Positions 13,401-26,940 of a stretch of 64,000 nucleotides of DNA are shown one piece after another. The position numbers were made by a program, and so were the translations under genes. The first letter of the stretch is position 1. Each line of letters starts with the position of its first letter. The DNA comes from Thalia democratica (lineage: Eukaryota), in contig OZ241831.1 in assembly GCA_965202585.1 (NCBI GenBank), positions 5,332,001 to 5,396,000 on the forward strand. The letters run 5' to 3'. The notes beneath the pieces are model-generated. The model worked only from the letters and a program-made list of their open reading frames with translations, ran no database searches and was not told where the DNA came from.

Positions 13401-16400
13401 TCTGTTAAGTTATTGCCTTAGTTTTTTCTGAGAAAATTTCATGTACTCTTTTAATTGCATCAATAAATATTTTACCTGTTTATTTTAGTAGTTATAGTTA
13501 TGCTTAAATTTATTTACAGTCATTTTCAAAGTTAGTAAAATTATTTGTATGATAAAAAACATATAAAATTAAGATTGTTTTAAATGTTGTGTTTAAGCAC
13601 TGTATTGTATAAGCTTTTAAGTATTGCAAAATACTTACTTATTGTGGTTAAGTTTACATGTATTTAATATTATAATACATTTTTCTTTTATTTGTTATTG
13701 TGTCTTTTAATTTTAAAAACTCAAAATTATATTGATTAAAATTATTATGTTTTATAACTTAACAGCAACTTAAAATTACTAGTTACAAAAACAATCAAAA
13801 CTGTAAAATTAAAAAAAAAAAAATTTTTTTATATAAACATTAATGTTCAAATTTAATAAAAGAATAAGGCTTTGTTTTGATATTTAAAGTTTAATTAGTT
13901 AATTTAGTAAAGTATATAAAATAAAGTAAAGTTATTTAGTATATTAAAAATACAGAGGCTAAGTTTTATATTTTTGCTTAAAAAGTTACATAAAAATTAA
14001 TTTAAAGTATAAACTAGGTCATCCATGATTTAACATAAAAAAATTTCCATTCACTTTATTAGTTAAGGTTTGTTTCAAACTTTACAGAAATTCCTTCAAA
14101 ACTAAAACGCAGTAACATTACTTGTCACCTCAACTAACTTTTGTGCACTTAAAAGTTTTAACAGTTTGAAACAAGCGCAAGTCTCATTGAAAAGTTTGCT
14201 TAATCGCAGCGGAGATTCAAAATGGAGAGGTGAAGTGGTTGTTTTAAGGAAACGACAACAGATACAAGTAACAACAGTTTGCACGCAAATTATCGCATGT
14301 AGACTGTTGGAGTGGCCCTCGAAAATGTGCAAGAACAATTGTAGAGGGTCGCTAAGCAAGCAGCGCACGCGACTTGTTAACATTGGAGTTATTTAGAAAC
14401 ATCGGGTTTAGCCACGTTGTTGTTACTTGCATCTCCATTTGTTTTCTTTGCTGATTTTCTCGAACTGCAAGCCCGCACGCTGTACACACAATTGTTTTAA
14501 GCAGTTACACGTATCAATTTTGTTCATAGTTTCATAAAAGTTTTACTTGCTTGTTATGTTGTTAATCAAGTTGAACACGCTTAAGTTTTTTTTTGCGAGA
14601 AGCCTTCTGAAAAGCACATTAAACATTCTGAAATTTTAGTTTTGTAAACACATAATGTAAATCTTGTAAGTTCAATGTGGCAAAACACTAAAAGTTTATA
14701 AAGTGTAAAAAAAACATAGTTGCTTAAAAGTTTTTAGTACACTTGTTCTAAAATAAGCCCTTAATACAGTAGTAATTTTACTATACAAACCTTATAATCT
14801 AATAGTTTAGATTAGTACAAGAACTAAAAATTTTTAGTATTTTCAGTAAACTACTCTTGCTTGTTTAGAAACATATACTACACGCATATTACTAGTTTAT
14901 TCGGTATATAATTTAGCAAGATTTTTTTAAATCTTGTGAACTTACTTTTAAAAGACAAAGTTTGTGAAGTTTCTAACTCCAAATTTTTTTTTGAATGACT
15001 ACCACTGAAACTATTAATTTTATAAATCAAGTATCAATTTATATGGAGCTACATTAGAAAGCGCATTCACTTTGAAAAATTTATACTAAAAGTGTTTATT
15101 TAAACCAAATTTTTTTTTTATTCACTTTTTTATGAACAGTTTAAGATATAAATAAATAAGAAGCTTTTTAGTTACTTTTAGAATTATTTTAAACTTTTAA
15201 CAAATTACCAAATTGTTGTAATAAATTATTATGCTATAAAACTTTTATTCATTAATAAAGAATGCTTGTGAATTGCTTTAGTAGAAGAACGTTAAAACTT
15301 TACAACGTTACTTAGCAATATCTATAATTTCTTTTATACTTAAATTTATATCGTGAACTTTGTTAAGTTTTTTGTGTTAAAAAAGTTTTGTTAGAAAATA
15401 ACATGAAAAACTCCTAATATTCTCGCTAGTTTATTATAAAGGTAGATTTTTAAAAGTTTACATCTACAATTTTGATTGGTTGCAACTGTATTTATCGGTG
15501 TGAATTTCAAAAACTTGAAATAATTCTTAAACCCGATTTAATTTTCAAATAAACTTTACTGGTTTTTTATAGAAAAATTAACATGCGTACGACAATTGTG
15601 AATTTTATTTTTGACATATTTCAATTTGTTTATCGAAACAATTTTTTTTTGCTGCAAAACAATTTTTCGATGTTGAAAATAGAAAGATTAACAAGCACTA
15701 GTTATTTAAAAACATCTTATTAATGTAGCTTGTTAAATATTTTTTGACCTTTGTATTTACGTTGTTTTGTTTAAAAAAGTGTTGTTTTATGTCTCCCACT
15801 TCTATGAAAAATACTTGTTTTTACTAAAGAATAAAATAATTTTTAATAAAAAAAAAACTAACAACAATATGTTTTTTAGTATTATTATCATTTTATTATT
15901 TTATACTTACACAAACAATTTTACTAGATACCGATTTCTGTAAATACTTACAAACTTTGAAGAAAAAAAGAATACAAGTGATTTAGAATAAACAATAAAA
16001 GTTTCTAATACAATTAATTTGAAAAAGCAGAAGAATCATTCGTCTTAATATAAGTATGTAAGCTAAAATTTAATTTGCTTATTCCGTTGTAGTTTAGTAA
16101 AGAACTAGAAGATATTAAATTTTAGTTATTTACAACTAGCTTAGGTTATACTCGTAAATACACTATAATGAAGACTAAAACAAAGTATATAAGCAATGTT
16201 ACTATTACAATACATTTTAAGTGAAACCTCTGTACAGTTTTATAGTTATAACGCGAGTTTTTTTCACATTTTTATGATTGTGAGTAATTTTGTTTTTAAC
16301 TTTTAAACTGAAGCTAATAATAAAACAAAATATAAAATTTTAAACTTGTCAATTATCTCAGTGTATAAAAGTATAGAAAAGTAAAAAGTATTTATGCGTT

Positions 16401-18994
16401 TATCTAAACGCTTTACAGGAACAGTTTATTATGAGTTTTACAGATTGTTATCTTCAAGTTTAGGTATTTTCTATTTTTAACTCTTTAATAATTCTCCTGA
16501 TTTAGTTTCAATCAAAAAAATTAATGAGGTGTTTATGCTTCAGTAGTTTTCGATCGCTTTCTTTTTTACAAGCTTCTAAAAATACATATTTACGTTAAAA
16601 AAAACTTATATGTGTTATGAATTAATATATTTTCACACTAACAAAAGAAGTTTATTTAATTCTGTACGATTAAAATTTTTTTTTTTCAAAAACTTTTTTA
16701 CAGTAACTACACTAAAACACTTGTATGGGTAACAAAAGTATTTTTAAAAGAACATATACACTTGAGTCTTTTATTCAAAACTTAATAAGTTTTTAAAGAA
16801 CACTAGTTTACAAAAATAAATTGTTAGGAGTAAAAATGATTTAAAAACTTTTAAAATAATAGCCATTTACATTTTTTGAAGCATTTATTTGAAAAACTTT
16901 ACAACTGATAGTTACAATTCAAGCCGTTTTTCAAGAGTTATTTTATATTCATATTATAAAACTTTTCTGGTTTTAAATTTTAAATCAGCATAATCCAGAA
17001 ATCGAAAAAAGTTTAATAAAATATATAAGTATAATTCTACTTCATAACTTTGTATAATCTAAAATAAATATTAATATAAAAAAATTTAATTACGTCAGTT
17101 TACAAATTTTAGTATTTGAAATACAAAAGTTACTTTTATTGAGAAAATAAGGTTCAAAAACCGTACTCTTACACAACTGTATTAATCTCTACTTAAACTT
17201 GAATCTTTATAATCAAACAACGATTTAATACGGCAATAAAAAGCAAACTGTTTAATTACTGCTAAGCACAAAAATTATAGCAAGACAAACAAAACAATGT
17301 TAATTACTGCCTTTGTTGTTTGCTCAAAATATCGCAAATTGCTTGAGAAAAATCAGGGTTAAAACAATAAAAAGTTTACTGCAAAAAATCATCGAGTGCC
17401 GGTGACCTTGATTGTGCAAGTCGTCAAGTTTACTTCAAACCTCACGTGCACTATTAATGATGGCAGTGAATTTACGAGGCGATTTAACGAGTTGTTTGTT
17501 GCCTTCGTCGCGGCGGCAGGCACCGTCTCGTAGTTCTATTGTTTGCGATTAATGCAGTAATCTTGAGAGATGCGACTTATCTGCGCGCTAATTTTTTTAT
17601 TATGGGAAACTCAAACAAGGAAAAGAGTTCACAAATATTTGTGTTGTGTTTGTTTTGTGTGTTTTTTTTTAAGATATTTACTGCGTTGCGGTCGTTTCAA
17701 ATGTCTTGCTTGGATTAAGTATTAAACTAAAGGTTTATATTGATTAAACAAAAGTTCTATTTTTGATCGTCACGTATAATATTTACAATTATAATAATAT
17801 AAAAAATATATAATATTTTTAATATTTATATATAAATATTAACATTGTTTACTAATAGAGGTCTTATTAATTTCTAATAAAATATAAACAGTATAACAAT
17901 TATTAATATCAAAAATTAAACTTGGTTATTTAATGCTTTATAATTTTTTTTTTACGAAAAGAATCAGCTTTATAACAGTCAATAGTTTCACTGAAAAAAT
18001 AAAAGGTATCACCATAGTTTTTGAAACGTCCTTATTTTGTATACATGATTATTTTAAGCGAGGAAAACCAAAATAGCAAGGCAAATAGTTTCATCGCTGA
18101 TATATTTAGCGGTTAAAATAATTTGTCAACTTTCAAACAAAACAGCTCAAAAATTGCTTTTAAGTTTTGTTTCGAGTAAAAATATTTATTCATTATGCTT
18201 GCAGCTTTACTACTTTGTAAAACATGCAGTTCAGTGTACATCTAATTTTTTTTACACTAAAAATGATGAAATAACACTTCATTACTTTTTGTTTTTTTTT
18301 TCATTTATAAATATAAATTTTATAGTTTTAGAATGTATTTGTATATATAAATTAGCCGTTTTTATTTATGAGAAATTATGGTATTATAATAGTTTTGGTA
18401 ATTCTTTTATTTTGATTTCAAAAGCACTCTGGTAACTTAAACTAGGTTTATATCATATAGATTCACGCAAAAGCTTTTCGTGCTACGTAAACAATACAAA
18501 AAACTTTTAAAACCTATTGTTAATATAAGCTTGATAAAGACATTTTTACTTTATTTTAATAACTCTAGACGCAATTTTCATTTTAATTAAATAGTTTGAT
18601 AATTATAGGATAATGTTCTGAATTTTTGCAGTATAATGCTTTAATAAAAGCTGTTAACTTCTCAGCATTCTATTTCAAAGTATGTAATTTTTTAGTTCAA
18701 ATGTTCTGGTAAAATACTACTGATACTAATAAAGTAATTCATTATTAAAGTCTTGACAATTCTCAAATGTGTTTGATTTAATCCAAAAATTGCATACTCT
18801 CAATATATTTTAAGGTACTGATAGAAAGCAATAAGCCTAAAGTTGACGAGTTAAAAAACGATCATAAAAAAGGGAAATGTTAACTGCGGTAAAATTGGAA
18901 ACTTTAAAAAAATTATTTTCTCTAAATGCCTTTTTTAAGTTTTTGTCATGTTTTAACACCACTTTAGATTTTCAAATGCCTTCACCGACTAAAA

Positions 18995-19095
18995 CAGTGG
19001 TTCTCAACCTTCTTGCTTCCTAAGTGGTCCCCAACCTTTTTCTTGCAGCACCCTAAAACGTTTCACCTTATTCTCGCGTGCCTTGCGGTACACGC
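18995..19095. mobile_element. hAT/Charlie-like terminal fragment(s)
   Basis: CAGTGGTTCTCAACCTT at 18995 and AGTGGTCCCCAACCTTTT about 27 bp later resemble Charlie-type hAT termini. No matching right end or TSD found. Confidence 0.4.
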
Positions 19096-20425
19096 AATGA
19101 TTAATTTAGAATAGTTTGGAAGAAAAAGATGAAGATTTGTATTACAATAGGGCACTATACTAGCAAAAGTTAAATATATGGAATTTAAAAATTATAACAA
19201 ACTGCAATCAAACAAGTTTTGTTATTTAATTTTTTTCTTTGGTGTAGTTAATTTACAAATACTTATCAAAAAATGTGTAATTTAAAAGTATAAAAATGTT
19301 AATTACTAAGATATGAATTTTCTATAAGAACAACGATTCGGTATATGATCTCGTCAGTTTGTTCTTTAGGATCTGAAAAAGAATTATTAGAACTGAGAAA
19401 GGCACTAAAAGAGTAAATACATTTTGGGCTTAAACTTGAAACAAAAAGTTTTATACATTTTAATATGAATTAGGTACTAAAGAAATAACTTCAACTATGC
19501 TAGCTTAAGCTAAAGTAATATTTTCAATTAAAACTATACACTCACATTAGTCTAAAACTTGTTCAAAAAACTTTGGTTTTTAAAAAATATAATGAATTTA
19601 ACAAGTTTTAGATTCAGGTAAAGGTAGTAATGTTTTTTTTTTTGTAAAACAACAGTTAAAATCGATATCACAACTACATTAATGTTAAGTTTGAAAGCTT
19701 AATTCAAATGCATTTAGACAGGCAATTCATCTCGACCTACTAAATTTATGTAGTCTAAAACAAAACTAAAAGTTCCAAGTTATTTTGCTGCAATATAAAA
19801 TATAACAATCTCGAATTGTGAAAACCAGAAGTTAAAAATTCATTTTAATAGCAAGTAAACAGCGATTAGAGTTTGTTATGGTAGGAATTAGTAATTTATT
19901 ATTTCTTTTTAATTTTAAAATTTTTACATGACGTCTTTACGTTGTAAATGAACTGTTGATAATTTATTTATTTATTGTTTAAGTAAACTTTTTACTGTTG
20001 TTTGAATAAAAAACTGTTTTATCCATCACTAATTAGTCAGTCATAACGTTAAGAGTTTGACAAAAACATCATTTTACAATACCTTTGCTAAAAGTTAAGA
20101 AGATTTGCTTGCGATGATAAACTTCTATTAGGTAAAACTAAAATACATAAATACTTAAATGGTAACATCAAGAGTTACTGTTTGCTTATAAACAATGCAA
20201 GATTAAAATAACTTTCCTCAAACTGTTTTAACTGTAAATTAATGGATTACTGGAGATGTTAAACTAAATATTTTTATGTTAACTAATAGTAATCAAGATA
20301 ACTGAAGAAGAACATGAACATGTTAAACATAATATCTTTATTTCAACAAAAATTTATTTTATACACAAACGAACAAAAAGAAAAAAAGTTCTTAACTTAA
20401 TCGTAAAGAGCAACTTAGAGAAACA

Positions 20426-21601
20426 CTAAAAATGAAACATCAGCAAATTATGAGGTACTTTCAACTGCCTGGGATTTGAAGTTTCTTCTCTTCCAAAATC
20501 AAGGATGCTCCTCACTATTTGGTCCAAACTCTGGATGTACGGTGTGAACTTCAGCACACCTTTCTTGAAGCACAAAACCTTCAATTGACCCGAGTACCGG
20601 TACTCCAGCGGGAACTCAACAACGTTTGTGACAGTCTTCTCAAGGAGCAGCACTGTGATGTGAAGGTAGTAGAAAGAAAAATCGTGGACCATATTGAAAA
20701 ATACATTTTCGGAATAAATATTTTTCTCATCATCCTTGTCATAAACAAACGCCATGACTGCGGGCTTCTCTTTAATCAGACGCAACGCCTCTTTGGCGCA
20801 AGAGGCAAAAACGAAATTGCAACTGTCAAATACACCAGAATGTTCGTATTTCAACAAACTGGCTATTCCGTGTAAGCTTTGAAAATATTCTTGATGCACC
20901 ATTTGACGGTTTTCGAAGGCAGAAATATGCAACCTATTTTTGCTTTCAACGTTTTTGAATTTGTTCTCGTTATCAGTCGAAACGAACACGCATTCGGGGT
21001 ATGCCTTGGCCAAGTTTCTCACCACTTTTGGGTAGCTGCTGAACAGAAAACTCGAGTCGTATGTGAAAGTTATGAAAGGGTCGTCAGGACCTATTTCTTC
21101 GCTGTTTTCAAATTCTTCGCCGGTGTAAAAGTTTTTAATTTTCTCTTTCTTTTCTCTTTCTTCTTCTTCCTTGTCAGCAGCGTAATTGGTCACTTTGATA
21201 TCGCCTATATTATACTGAAAAGGTTCCTTTTTGAACCTGCCACTTTCAAGACTTATAACCATACAGAGAATATCTAAAAAATCCTGCAGTTTTCTATCAG
21301 ATGGCTTGTTAACAGTTCTTATGCACTGGTGCTGAAAAAAAAGCTCAAACTGTGGGTTTTTGTAATCGTCATGCTGGACTGAGAACCCCGAAAATTTCAT
21401 CCCTGGGCTGTTGGCGTCCGCGAGGCAAAACGAAACTTCCGGAAAGTGCCGCGCCAACAACAAAATGGCGGGAAAGAAGGAGCCGAAGTTGCTGTTGTAT
21501 TTGTGCAAAACGAGCAAGTTGTATTCGTCTTCATACACCGCTTTCATGTACTGTTCGAAATTACCGACTTTGTTGACGACTCTACGGGGTTTGTTTTCCA
21601 T
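20426..21601 (-). CDS. Intronless triple thioredoxin-fold-like protein, paralog 1 (391 aa, no CxxC)
   Basis: Uninterrupted ORF clearly paralogous to 37742-38926 and 49237-50415; conserved AG acceptor 18 nt before the ATG and AATAAA in the 3' flank. The ORF is well supported; the fold assignment is by manual pattern match. Confidence 0.85.
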   Translation of the reverse strand: MENKPRRVVNKVGNFEQYMKAVYEDEYNLLVLHKYNSNFGSFFPAILLLARHFPEVSFCLADANSPGMKFSGFSVQHDDYKNPQFELFFQHQCIRTVNKPSDRKLQDFLDILCMVISLESGRFKKEPFQYNIGDIKVTNYAADKEEEEREKKEKIKNFYTGEEFENSEEIGPDDPFITFTYDSSFLFSSYPKVVRNLAKAYPECVFVSTDNENKFKNVESKNRLHISAFENRQMVHQEYFQSLHGIASLLKYEHSGVFDSCNFVFASCAKEALRLIKEKPAVMAFVYDKDDEKNIYSENVFFNMVHDFSFYYLHITVLLLEKTVTNVVEFPLEYRYSGQLKVLCFKKGVLKFTPYIQSLDQIVRSILDFGREETSNPRQLKVPHNLLMFHF

Positions 21602-24600
21602 TGCAAAACTAATTTAACGCTGAATAGAAACAAATAGTGTTTGTTCACATGCATTTGAAGTTTTTTGACAAATAACTTATGGTTTACTAAGACATAACTA
21701 AAATTTTAATTTCATGGTAGTTGAGATACTATATTAACTTGATTATTGAGTAAATGGAATCTTATTAGGTAAGAAAAACTAAGTGACTTCTTATGGAAGC
21801 TAAAAATAAAACACTTAAAATTTAATTAATTACAAAACAATAACTTTTTTAATGAAATTTTCAACTAGATAACATTGTTTTCTTTGTATCTAATACAAAA
21901 GATAGTCATGTTTTTTGATACCGTAATGAAAAAATAAAACCAAAAGAACTTTAAATTTTTTTTGAAAACTAATCATTGTTGTTTGAAATAGTTTATAAGT
22001 ATAACATCAATTCTATAATCCTGGTTGTATATTAATTAACTCTATTGTAGCTTTCAATAATCTAGTTGCTTTGAATACATGAGAAATAATAAATTTTCTT
22101 CATCGTTTACTAACAACAACTGTTTTATTAAATTTTTCATCAACAAAATATGCAAGTTAAGGAAGAATCATGATCAAAAACGTTTATAAGACCTATTTGA
22201 AATTTTAGATACTTTTAGACAAAAATTTTGTTCAATCTAAAGTTGTTACGTTTAAGATTTCATTGCTTTAATTATACATATTACCAATACGTTTACCTAA
22301 AAGTTTACACTGAAAAAAAACTTGTTACTATTCGATTCTGGACTAGTTACAAAATTTTAAACAATAGTTAAAGTAATTTAATTATAAGCAATACTTGCTA
22401 TTTTAATCTACCAAGCAAAAGTGTTAATTATTTATAAGCAAACTTTAATTTAAATATTCACACAGCAAAGAAAAGTTGAATTAACTGAGGTAAAACAATT
22501 CGATTAAAAACTCATAACGTTTTTTAAATCCTTTAAAGTATGTTTAAAAATGTTAACAAACATTAATAGCTCTGAACAATTTCTTTATATTAGATATTAA
22601 TATTCATTTATTAATTTTTTTAGTTCATTTACTTTACTAAAGAAATCTTATATTTCAAAGTATAAATTTAAAAAAATGTTAAAAATTAAAGTTAATTTTA
22701 CTTATTAGTTTAACAGCAAAACAGCTTTTGATTTGTAAAGGATTGTGAAACAAAATGAAACTTTGATTTTTCTAACAGCTTTACATTTGTCTAAATTATA
22801 TTCGAAAATTGCAAATATTTAATTACCTCAACCTAATTTCGTACTTTTTGCAAAAGCTGTTTACAAAAAAATGTTTTATTTTTTTTTACTAAACATATTA
22901 GCTATACAATTGGAGTTATATTTATTATTTACAACTTGAAATATGTATTTTTACAATGCTCTGTTTAGTTTAAGTCTTTACTTATCGAAGTATAGTTAAT
23001 AAAAAAACTGAACAATTGCATCGTAAAAACTATCAACTCTTATTACTAGCGACCTATACTACAAAACAAATGTTAAAAATAACTGAGAGTGTTGTAGCTT
23101 TAATTAAAAATGGCACAAGAATTATAATAAAACAAATAATTAAAATCGATTTTTTAAATGCTTTAGTTAGTAATTTTAAACATAAAAGTCTACATATCTT
23201 TTATTGTTCTTTTTAATTACTGTTAATAAGCAAATTTAAAGCAATTATTTCAATGTCAAACTGTTTTTTGTGTTTCAAATAGTATTAACTTTAATTTTGA
23301 GATGTAGCTCTTATATGAATTCATTTTAAAATTTTATAAAAGCGTAAGCAGATATGTTACTAATCGTGACTATAAGCTTTATGTGAATATCATAAATTAG
23401 TTATAGTTTTAAAAAAGTGGAAATCATACGACCAGTTGGTAATTTCTAACGTTTCAGCAGAAAATTTTAGTTCGCAACTTATTTTTTGCTTGAAAAAATT
23501 TTGTTTAAATAAATTAAAGTTGTTCATTTTAAGAACAAATGTTTTAAAATGCGTTCATTACCTTTATTTATGCACTTTAGTGCTCTTTAGTTGCTAAATG
23601 ACTATTTATTGCAGTTTTGCTTTTGAATTATTTTGTTTACAGATTATAAAACAATTATTTAAAAATACTCTGTCCATAAAGATTTTTTTGACAAGTCCAG
23701 GTCGAAAATAATTTTCCTGGTAAATATAGGCCGCCAAATAAAAAATTATCTTTCTATAGATTTAAGAAAATATTAATAAGGTTGTTGTAATAAAAAAACA
23801 GTTAACTGTTTTTTAATAATAAGTCGATTTAAACTATATTTATATTTGAGTTAAAGAAATAATCTAGTGCTTAATTTTTGTTTCCTTTTTATTTAACGTG
23901 TTTTAAAATAAGTACGATTTTACTAAGGAACACAAACATTATAAAGAACTAAATATCTTTATATTTCAAAGTTATTTCTTTAAAAATAAAAAACTAGAAC
24001 GTTTTTTGGTATAACAATTTTTCTAATTACTAAATTTAAGATAAATAGAACACTTGAATTTCACAACTTCTACAAAACACGACTAAAGATCATCAAAAAA
24101 GATTATATTTTATTTTTTTAAAGTTATATACCAGGATTGTAATTTTCTTGTAACTTTAAATTTAAAAATTTTGAATGCCTAAATAGTACTATTACAGTTT
24201 GTACAAATTATTAAAAAGCGTATAAAAAGTAAATCGTTACTTTTGCACTCCATATATCATGTTTTAAACAAATTCAGTCATTTTTTTTTAATGCTGTAAA
24301 TTTGCTAGTTATTTGCTAATCAATATTACTAAAACATCGAAAACAAACTTTAAACGTAACACATTGAAAAAATATTTTTAAATAAAGGTACAAACAATAC
24401 ATAAACCTAGGAACATGGTCAGTATTTCTAAAAGGTTATAAATAATTTCAATACATCAGCATTACCCAAGCAAAGAAGTTAAATTTAAATTCAAACTTTA
24501 TAAACGAATCTTTAAAGCAGATAGTTAGAACTAGACGTTTGTAAAAGTATTTATTTACAGTGCATTTAACAATTTGGGCAACAAATATTTAAAATTCAAA

Positions 24601-24879
24601 ATAATTTAATATAAATATGATATAGACATTTAAAACTTATCTTTTAGTTATTTTATCTATGTGTACCGTATAAAATTATTCTTTTAGAATTAAAGCAATC
24701 TTTCAACATATTTCACTTTGAGCAAAATAGCTATTTGTTTATATTAAAATGTTTTTAGTTAACTTCATAATTAAAACAGTTTATTGCATCATGACTTCTA
24801 AAGCCATTTTATTTATAAAACTAGAATTTACAAAAAAAAAATTAGACCATTTTACTTCAGTAATACGGGCTAATTTGTT

Positions 24880-25412
24880 TTATGACATCACACTGAAAGG
24901 TTCTTCTTCGTTCCGCTCCATCAGCTTCCCTGCCTCCTCTGCTCGACCGTACGAGGCAGCAGTTTCTCCTGTTGCTCGTACCGGACGCGTTCGAAGCAAT
25001 CATGGGGCCCATGCTGGTCGTAGTCATCCTTCGCATCCGCCTCGACCTGCGGAAGACGACGACTGAAACGAGCACCACGAAGATCAAAACCGCGAATACG
25101 ACGATCAGCGACGACTTTCCCTGCTTCCTATTGGCTGGCGTCGACACCGGTTGTGACGTCACAGTTCAATTGAGAAACGACGTCCACGACCGAGTTGGTG
25201 AAGTTGACGGGCGGGCCCTGGCACACGTAGTAGCGCCACCCCACCACGTTTATGACGTCACTGTCGAGTATCCAATCAACGAAGGGTAAAAGTTGGCAGT
25301 CGCAATCGAACTCGTTGCCTTTCAGGTCGATTGATTTCAGCGTGGGGGGAAGACGGGTGAGGAATTGTTGGGGAATCACCGAAATGTTGTTGTAGGCCAG
25401 GTTCAGTATTAA
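24880..25412 (-). pseudogene. Inverted copy of LRR receptor exon 10 (LRRCT, TM, tail), frameshifted
   Basis: Near-identical to 45671-46306, but 5'-truncated, with an 8-nt deletion after CDVTT (stop at ...VDASQ*) and deletions in the tail. Confidence 0.85.
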
Positions 25413-25491
25413 CTTATTTGTGAAAAAAGAGTAACTTCAAAACTACTTTTTTAGGTTTTTTTTAACTTACTAAGAACAGGCTAAGAAACTT

Positions 25492-25693
25492 ACTTTCATA
25501 CATTACTAATTCTTTTAACTTCGGCATCGAAACACCAATAAACTTTGTTACTAGGCCACAAATTGCTTTGTCTAAATGTTATAAATGTTTGCATGTGTAA
25601 ATGCACTTTAGTTGTCAATTATTAAACTAGGTTTTCTATACAAGCCGATGTACTTTAATTTTGTATTTCCTTAAAAGCTGTTTCTGGTAACAC
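25492..25693 (-). pseudogene. Inverted decayed copy of LRR receptor exon 9
   Basis: Aligns to 45150-45356 with a lost AG acceptor, 1-nt deletions and in-frame stops (for example TAC to TAA). Confidence 0.85.
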
Positions 25694-26784
25694 TTACAAG
25701 TTTGTTATTTATTTAACCTCCAACATAGTTTATGTTTGATACCTTCGAACTTTACTACAAATCTAAAGTTTTTGGCTCTATTTAAATTTTTATAATATTA
25801 TGCAAACACTGATAACAACTACCTATTTATAATTTTTTATTAGCTTAAAATTTATTTGTTGGAAAAGGTAATTATTTGATTATAATTTATTCATTAAACA
25901 AGTGTTTATCAAAGTGTGCACACCACGGAAGTGTGCATAGAAATAAACTTACGAGCAGACTAATTTTGATGAGTAACAAAAATTTTATATGATTTATCTT
26001 TTTTATTCATAAACAGTTTTTTGAATTAAGTGTTTGAAATAATTCAACTTAGTTGATACACTTTCTATTAATAAAACTAAATATTAGAACTTAAATCATA
26101 GTTTATGTTTTTTGAGAATTGAGTTGCCAAGATCACTTAAATAATAAGTATAAAAAGCCAAGCTTTATGTAACTAAAAATTAGTCATTTCAGTTCTATTT
26201 AACCCAGTGCTTTATGTTTATTTATTCAATTACCTTTCAATTATAAAAATAAAATTGTTAGATAAATAACACAAAGTATTTTCAAAAGATGAATATATTA
26301 GAACTAAGTTACTTGTTATTTGGAAAAGTTATAATTCTTCAAAAATTAAATGAACCAGTTAGCTTTTATGTAAACGTAAAGTTTTCCGTATTATAACTAA
26401 ACTAATAAGAACAAAAGGTCTTCAAATCAAAATTTAGTAGTTTTTCACTCCAGTTAATTACAGTTTTAGATTGTTAAAAGAAACCTAATTTAATTATTTT
26501 GTTCCACGTGATTACGACCAGCCACATTAGCCAATAAAAACAAACTTAAAAATGGTTTTAGCTATTGTTTCGTTATAAACTTGAAATAAGGAAATGTACC
26601 ATATTTTTTAGAAGAACCAATAACAATTAAAAACTTTTAGTATCTAGTAAAACACAACACAAGAAACTAACAAAAATAATAGTAATAATAATAAGTAAAA
26701 TAAAAAAACAATTCAAGTTTTTAGCTTTTAAATATTCTTTATAAAACATTCATAAGTAATTGGCTTTATAAAAAACAAACTAAC

Positions 26785-26940
26785 AGTCAGGTTGTTGTAT
26801 GACAGCACAAGGTGTTCGAGTTTATCAGACTGTAAAATAGGAAATTATTCAACTTGTTCCATTCAAAAGACAGGTAAGTCACTTGTTGGCAATTTATTAG
26901 CAATAAAAAACATATCAAGACATTTTTTATGCTCTGCAAT
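26785..26940 (-). pseudogene. Inverted partial decayed copy of LRR receptor exon 8
   Basis: Reverse complement matches the 3' half of 43590-43823 (SFEWN...LEHLVLSYNNLT|GTTAGT) with a 1-nt deletion; the 5' half is lost or degraded. Confidence 0.8.

Noticed and set aside
20519-21637. Short ORFs overlapping the Trx-like genes in other frames or strands (also at 37670-38692 and 49221-50260)
   Set aside because: Shadows of the main ORFs; conserved only because the main ORF is duplicated.
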